Below are positions 57,700 through 64,000 of a stretch of DNA of 64,000 bases, piece after piece (position 1 is the stretch's first letter; the number at the start of each line of letters is the position of its first letter). The stretch lies in the NCBI GenBank assembly GCA_010909165.1, contig MU008163.1, positions 1,674,001-1,738,000 on the forward strand. Direction: 5' to 3'. A program made the translations under genes and the position numbers. The notes beneath the pieces are model-generated. The model did not search any database, was not told the origin of the DNA, and saw nothing but the letters and a program-made list of their open reading frames with translations. The stretch is from Anthoceros angustus. Its lineage: Eukaryota > Plantae > Anthocerotophyta.

Positions 57700-60600
57700 G
57701 TATCGTGGGCTCTCCCCCTGAGGCAGGTAATAAGCTAGGTTTTGTTTTTTTCGTAATTATGGAGTGGGAAATAAGGCGAAAAGGGGAGAAATAAGGCCGG
57801 AATAACTCGAGCGCACTCCGGAGTTTCCGGGTGAGAGGACTCGGACCGTACTCGGAGTAACTCTGAATGACGACTCGGGCTGTCGAATGCGCCCTTGGAG
57901 TAAACCGCGGTAAGTCCGGATTACACTCCGGAGTAAGTCGCGATAAGTATGCCAAGGAAAGTAACTTGGGAGCGGGTAGCGTATTTTTCCAGGAGGGGCC
58001 ACGTGGACGGTGTTGAGTGGTGGGCGATTGCATCGTGGACGGGGCAGCAGGGTTGCCGATGCTTCGTTATAGGCGGTATTCACGCTCCAGTCGAGACACC
58101 AGCAGAAGGCTAAAGTGCGGTCGGCGGCGGCGTATGGGCTAGAGTAAGCCATGCGAGCCTCGACAGCGATTCACAGGCGTGAACTCCCGGCGCCCGGTTA
58201 CTCTCGTGGCTGGCGGAATCCGAGCGAAGGTCATTGCTGAAAGCGACCTCGCGATGGTTTTATGATCTCTCGAGCTCGGACACCTTCTGGCGTTGTCTCT
58301 TCAGCGCCAGCGCCCGCAGTAGCGTGTCTTCGGCGGGCCCGGCCGCGGCTGACAGAGGGCGGAGGATTGCCGAGCCTCAACCCCAAAGCCATGAACAAGA
58401 GGAGCATTATAGGGCCCAAGAAGGCGTGAAGTATGGGAGCCACAGCGCTTGGTGGAGCCAGGTTATCTTCACCAAGCGCTGGATGACAAGCCTGACCTTT
58501 TGGTTGGCGGAGGCGAGGAGGCTGGTGGAGGCAGCACTGGATATTTTCCAGCCGCTCGACTTCGGCTGTGCCCTAGTCTGGGAATATGCCCGGAAGATGT
58601 TGGCGGCGGCCAACAAGGAGGTCCGCTCCAAGAGCCTCAGGGAGGACCCTAGGATGTGGACCGTGGAGGCCCTGAGGGCGGTCTACAACTGTCCAGCGGA
58701 GGAAGTAGGAGGAGTGGTTCCGGAGCCCCTGAAGGTGAAGGGGAAGGTGGACGCGGCCAGGGCGGCCCTCTTGAGGCCGGGAACGCAGCGATCCTCCAAC
58801 GGATGGCTGATGTCGGACCTACTAGAGCCGAGGAGGCGGAGGAGGCGAGGCGGTGGCGAAGATCGCCGTCCATTGGAACATGCTCACCAAGGTGGATCAC
58901 CTTGGTGACAATCTGCAGTGTTCCTCCACGCCCTGCAGAGAGGGAAACGGGCCGACTGGGGAAGAATTATCTTCGCCAGATCAACCAGAGGCTGTGAAAT
59001 TGAGGAGTGAGAAGCCACCCCGTCGGGCGTTGTCGCTTATTATCCATGTGTGGGGGCATGAACCTCTGAAGGAGAGGAAGAGCGGGCGCTCCGGAAAGGG
59101 TCATCGCGGCCACCCGAGTAGAGCGTGAAGGGAGGCCGAGGAGGCGAGGCGGAGGCTGGTGGAGGGGCGAGTCCGGGAGGAAGATGATTGGGAGGATTCC
59201 GGACTCCATAAATGCAGAGCGGACTATCGCCACCCAAGGAATTGTGGCAAGACATTCCTTCCCTTCTTTTAGCCCCTCCACGAGCACCACTGCGCAGGAG
59301 GAGGCGGCTACAGGAAGGGAGGCTGGCCAGTGTGACATGCGAACCGGCCAGCCCTCACCGGTGCGAACCCCGCGAGACTAGGCGGGAGGCAGGCGGCAGC
59401 CCCACCAGCAGCGCCCGGGGCCCTTTGCAGTCCCTTCTTGCCAGCCGGAGTGGCGGGGAAGCGGAAGGAGGAGAAGAAGCGAGAGGGATGCCGCTTTGCG
59501 GGAGGACATGGCAACCCCGAGCCTCCCGTCCCCAACCGGGAGGCAGGCCCGACTCCCCCTCACCACCTCCAGCCCTGCCAATGGCGGAGGAGCTAGCGCC
59601 AAAAGGGCCAAGGAGGTGGAAGGTCGGCCGAAACACTCAAGACCCGAGGGTCCCGATTGGGTCTGGAGACAGTCCGGCTCCTTGCGGTGGAGTATGGCGG
59701 TCCCTAGCAGGCAGAGATGCCCGCACCCACGATGGACTTCTTGGTGCCTCCCAGTGTGGCCGTAGAGGAGACACGGCAAGTTCTGGCAACCGTCATGGAC
59801 GGTATGCTCTGGGGTCTCGCGAACCATGAGAAGACCCAAGAAGTGGAGGCCACCCGGCGATGGATGGTGGAGCTCCAGGGACAGGCGGAGGCGGCCTAAG
59901 CGGCCAAGAGGAAGGAGGAGACCCTCGCAAGAGTCAAGGAGGAGAAGTGTGGCAACGGAGTCGGCGGCAAGGTCCGCCTATAACCGACCGAACGTTGTGA
60001 TCCTCCGGTGTGTGAGCAGTGAAGCAACACAGAGGCACGGCAAAGGCGAAGGACTTTGCAAGCGGAGGAAGCAGCTGGGAGGAGGCTGGGAGGAAGCCAG
60101 GCGGCGGAAGGAGCTAGGGACACAGCGGGCCGAGCTCGTGAGAGCAACACCAAGCCTGGGAGGCTCGGGTGAAGGCGTGGGAGGCCGAGGCCAGCAGCAG
60201 GGACCACCACTCAGGCGAGACCGAAGCCGGTGGAGACGGCCAGTAGCAGCCAACACAGGCCGGCGGTGGCGGAGGCGAGCAGGCAAGCCGTGAAGAAGAA
60301 GAGGCCGGCACCAGGAGATAGAGGATCTCCCCACAGTGAGCCGGAGGAGGCGGAGGAGGCTGGGAGGAGGCGGAGGAGGCGGAGGCTGGAGGATCGCAAG
60401 GAGACCACAGGGTGCGGCTCAAGACACGGTGGAACGACATGGAATTCTCAAAGGAGAATCATGGACCACGAGAGATCGGCGCCTCAACTTTGTTGGAGGG
60501 AGAGGAAGAGCGGCGCCCAAGGTCCGCGCCCCCGCAAGTAGCGTGAAGGGAGGCACGGCAAAGGCGAAGGCGCCCGCCGGCCAAGCGAGTCCGGGAGGAA

Positions 60601-63600
60601 GATGATTGGGAGGATTCCGGACTCCATACGTCCGAACGGACCCTCGCCACCCAAGGAATTGTGGCAAGACATTCCTTCCTTCTTTTAGCCCCTCCACGAG
60701 CACCTGCAGGAGGAGGCAACACAGGAAGGGAGCGGCGACGCCTGCCAGACTAGCAGACATGGCACTCCTGGTACGAACCCCTACGACTAGGCGGAAGCGA
60801 AGAAAGACGGCCCCACCAACGCAGCCGCCCAGACCGCACGGTCTTGCCCCCGCCACGAGGGCGGTGAAGGAGGAGGCCGTGAGAAGAGCGAGAGGGATCG
60901 CCGGCGGGAGGACACGGCAAGAACCCCACCCGAGCTCCGTCCCCAACCGGGAGAGGCAAGAGGGCCAGCTCCCGGACCCCCTCACCACCTCCGAGCCCCA
61001 AGCGAAGACGGGCGGAGAAGGAGCTAGCGGCCAAAAGGGCCAAGGAGGTGGAAGGTCCGGCCCGAAACACTCAAGACCTGAGGGTCCTGATTGGGTCTGG
61101 AGACCTTGGTCCGGGCTCCTTGCGGACTGGAGTATGGCGGTCCCTAACGAACCGAGAGATGCCCGCACCCACGATGGACTTCTTGGGTGCCTCCCCAGCG
61201 GTGGCCGTAGAGGAGACACGGCAAGTTCTGGCAACCGTCATGGACGGTATGCTCTGGGGTCTCGCGAACCATGAGAAGACCCAAGAAGGAGGCCACCCGT
61301 GATGGATGGTGGAGCCCGTGGACAAGTGAGGCGGCCTAAGCGGCCAAGAGGAAGGAGGAGACCCTCGCAAGAGTCAAGGAGGAGAAGTGCAGGGCAACGG
61401 AGTCGGCGGCAAGGTCCGCCCACCATAACCGGGCCAGGATCCTCCAGCTGTGTGAACAGCTGAAGCAAGCACAGGAGGCACGGGCAAAGACGAAGGACTT
61501 TTGCAAACGGAGGGAAGTAGCTCAGGAGGAGCTGGAGGAAGCCAAGACGGGCGGAGAAGGAGCTAGGGACCCGGGACGGGCCACAGAGAGCAACACCAAG
61601 CCTGGGAGGCTCAGGTGAAGGCGGCGTGGGAGGCCGAGGCCGCGAAGATGATAGGGACCACTACACAGACCGAACCGTGGAGGGGACGGGTAGCTGGCCA
61701 ACTCAAGACCGAGTGGCGGCGGGGTGCACTGCAAGCCGTGAAGAAGAAAGGGAGGCCAGCACCCGGGAGATAGAGGATCTCCGGGCACAGGAGCTGAGGA
61801 GCGGAGGAGCGGAGGAGCGGCGCCAGGAGCTGGAGGATCGCAAGGAGACCCTGGAGGTGCAGCTCCAAGACACGGTGGAACGACATGGAATTCTCAAAGG
61901 GAGAATCATGGACCACGAGCAGGAGATCGAGCGCCTCCAACTTTGTTGGAGGGGGGAGGAGAGCCGACGGCCAACTAAGGAGATGGACATGTGAGTTGGA
62001 GAAGGAGCCGGAGGAGGCCGAGGCCGGGCGAAGGTGCGGACCGCACAGGAAGGAGATGGTGGCCCTCGCAAGGATGGACGGAGGGGCTCGAGAGAGGAGC
62101 GGCTGGTCCCATGAGCGAAGGGAAGCGTGCTCTATGGCGCAAGCTAGTCGAGCTCAGTGGCGAGGAGGAGGAGGCGGCGGAGGCTGGAAGTGTCGGAGAG
62201 TAGCCTTGGCGGCCTCAAGAGATTCCGCCCGACTCCAGTTAAGCGGGCCTAGTGACGAGACGCGAAGCCGGCCAAGACGTCCAACTACCGAGCACCTGGA
62301 GGAGGGGAGTACCGTGTGCCCGGCTCATGGGAGGAGGCACCACGGAAGGGAGGCTGGCGGTGTGACGCCCGACTAGCGAGACCCTGACCTACGGTCGAAC
62401 CCCGCCGGACTAAAGACCAGCGGAAGGCCCCCCATGCAGCGCCCAGGACATCGTCCTTGCCCCTGCCCGTGAGTGTGAAGCGGAGGGAGAGGAAGGAGGA
62501 GAAGAAGCGAGAGGATCTTTCCGAGGCGGGAGGACACCTGGCGACAACCCACCAGCCGGGCTCCTGTCCCCAACCGGGAGGCAAGAGGGCTGACTCGGAC
62601 TCCCTCACCACCTCCAAGGCTAGCCCAAGATGGCAGGAGAAGGAGCTAGCGGCCAAAAGGGCCAAGGAGGTGGAAGGTCGGCCGAAACACTCAAGACCGA
62701 GGTCCGATTGGTCTGAGACCTTGGTCGGGCTCCTGGTGGAGTATGGCGGTCCCTAACAGGCAGAGATGCCCGCACCCACGATGGACTTCTTGGGTGCCTC
62801 CCAGTGGCCGTGAGGAGACACGGCAAGTTAAGCAAGCCGTCATGGACGGTATGCTCTGGGGTCTGCGGGCAGGCGGAGAAGACCCAAGTGGAGGCCACCA
62901 TGGATGGTGGAGCTCGAGGGGCCAGCGGAGGCTGGCGGCCAAGAGGAAGGAGGAGACCCTCGCAAGAGTCAAGGAGGAGAAGTGCGGGAGCAGCAGGTCA
63001 AGGTCCGCCCACCATAACCGGGCCAGATCCTCCGGTGTGTGAGCAGTGAAGCAACACAGAGGCACGGCAAAGGCGAAGGACTTTGCAAGCGGAGGGAGGA
63101 GGCTGGGAGGAAGCCAGGCGGCGGAAGGAGCTAGGGACACGCCGAGACGGCTCGGCCGGGAGCAACACCAAGCCTGGGAGGCTGTGTGAAGGCGTGGGAG
63201 GCGAGGCCAGCAGAAGAGGACCACTCAGGCGAGACCGGCCAAATGTGGAGACGGCAGGGCAGCAGCCAACTCAAGACCGAAGGTGTGGCGGAAAGGCAGA
63301 CGCAGGCAAGCCGTGAAGAAGAAGAGGCCGGCAGGAGATAGAGGATCTCGGGCCACGGGGAGGCGAGGCGGAGGAGGCGGAGGCGGCGCGGAGGCTGAGG
63401 ATCGCAAGGAGACCACAGGGTGGCTCAAGACACGGTGGAACGACATGGAATTCTCAAAGGAGAATCATGGACCACGAAAGCGAGAGATCGAGCGCCTCAA
63501 CTTTGTTGGAGGGAGGAGGGAGGAAAATCTAAGGAGATGGACATCGCCGAGTTGGAGAAGGAGCCGGAGGAGGCCGAGGCCGGGCGAAGGTGCGGACCGC

Positions 63601-64000
63601 ACAGGAAGGAGATGGTGGCCCTCAAGGATGGACCCGGAGGGGCTCGAGAGAGGAGCGGCTGAGTCGGTGCCCGGAAGGCGAAGGGGCATAGCTCTATGGC
63701 GGCTAAGCTGTGAGAGCCCGGGCGAGAGGAGGAGACCCTCGCAAGGAGGAGGCGGAGGCTGAGGTAGCCTTGGCGCCTCAAGAGATTCCGCCCGACTCGG
63801 TTGGCGGGCCTAGTACGGGCAGCTCGGCCAAGCCGGCCAGTCCAACTCCAGGAGCACCTGCGGAGGAGGAGAATCTGGGTGCTCGGCTCATGTGGAGGAG
63901 GCAATTCAACAACTCGATTCGAGACTTTGCCTACTACCATAGAGCTCCTCAAGGCCCCCTGGAGGTCCCTAAGCCACCCCGTCAAATCGGACCCGGACTG
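57700..64000 (+). mobile_element. Probable retrotransposon-derived accessory ORF region with a thrice-repeated 1.4-1.6 kb coiled-coil-coding unit, heavily frameshifted
   Basis: Anchors recur at 59598/61030/62652 and 60420/61866/63426; Glu/Lys/Arg-rich fragments. No gag/pol motif seen, so the TE origin is inferred. Confidence 0.45.

Noticed and set aside
57695-57725. TGGTATC as an LTR primer-binding site
   Set aside because: The match to the initiator-Met PBS (TGGTATCAGAGC) stops after 7 nt, and there is no adjacent LTR end.
1-64000. tRNA, rRNA or snRNA genes
   Set aside because: No convincing cloverleaf or conserved RNA motif seen by eye; a tRNAscan or Rfam search would be needed to exclude them.

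Overview
Gene-dense nuclear DNA of a land plant, most likely a hornwort. The basis is short GT-AG introns and a PLS-PPR gene carrying the KPAKA/HAEKLA/DxH 'DYW:KP' deaminase variant. Recognisable genes in order: EPL-like (partial), plastid sigma factor, cyclin H, PLS-PPR-DYW:KP (interrupted), Pol I/III subunit AC40, metallo-beta-lactamase-fold protein, a small 3-exon orphan, duplicated LEA, P-class PPR, BRR2, mTERF, ORANGE, OPI10/Hikeshi, a stand-alone SPT16 N-terminal-domain gene and small signal-peptide genes. TE remnants include a CRE non-LTR element, a LINE tail, two CACTA ends, a Tc1/mariner-type MITE, a probable solo LTR and a triplicated coiled-coil ORF. The most striking unexplained structure is four near-identical DNA patches (77-850 bp), each copied 8.9-11.3 kb to the right in collinear order. 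Two of them disrupt genes and show microhomology at both junctions. This is either a templated-insertion process or a long-read consensus artefact; homopolymer-shortening indels in the copies favour artefact. Other leads are the candidate U-to-C editing factor, the SPT16-NTD-only gene, a pre-miRNA-like hairpin and a minisatellite seeded from the BRR2 stop codon. All calls come from motif recognition by eye; no searches were run.
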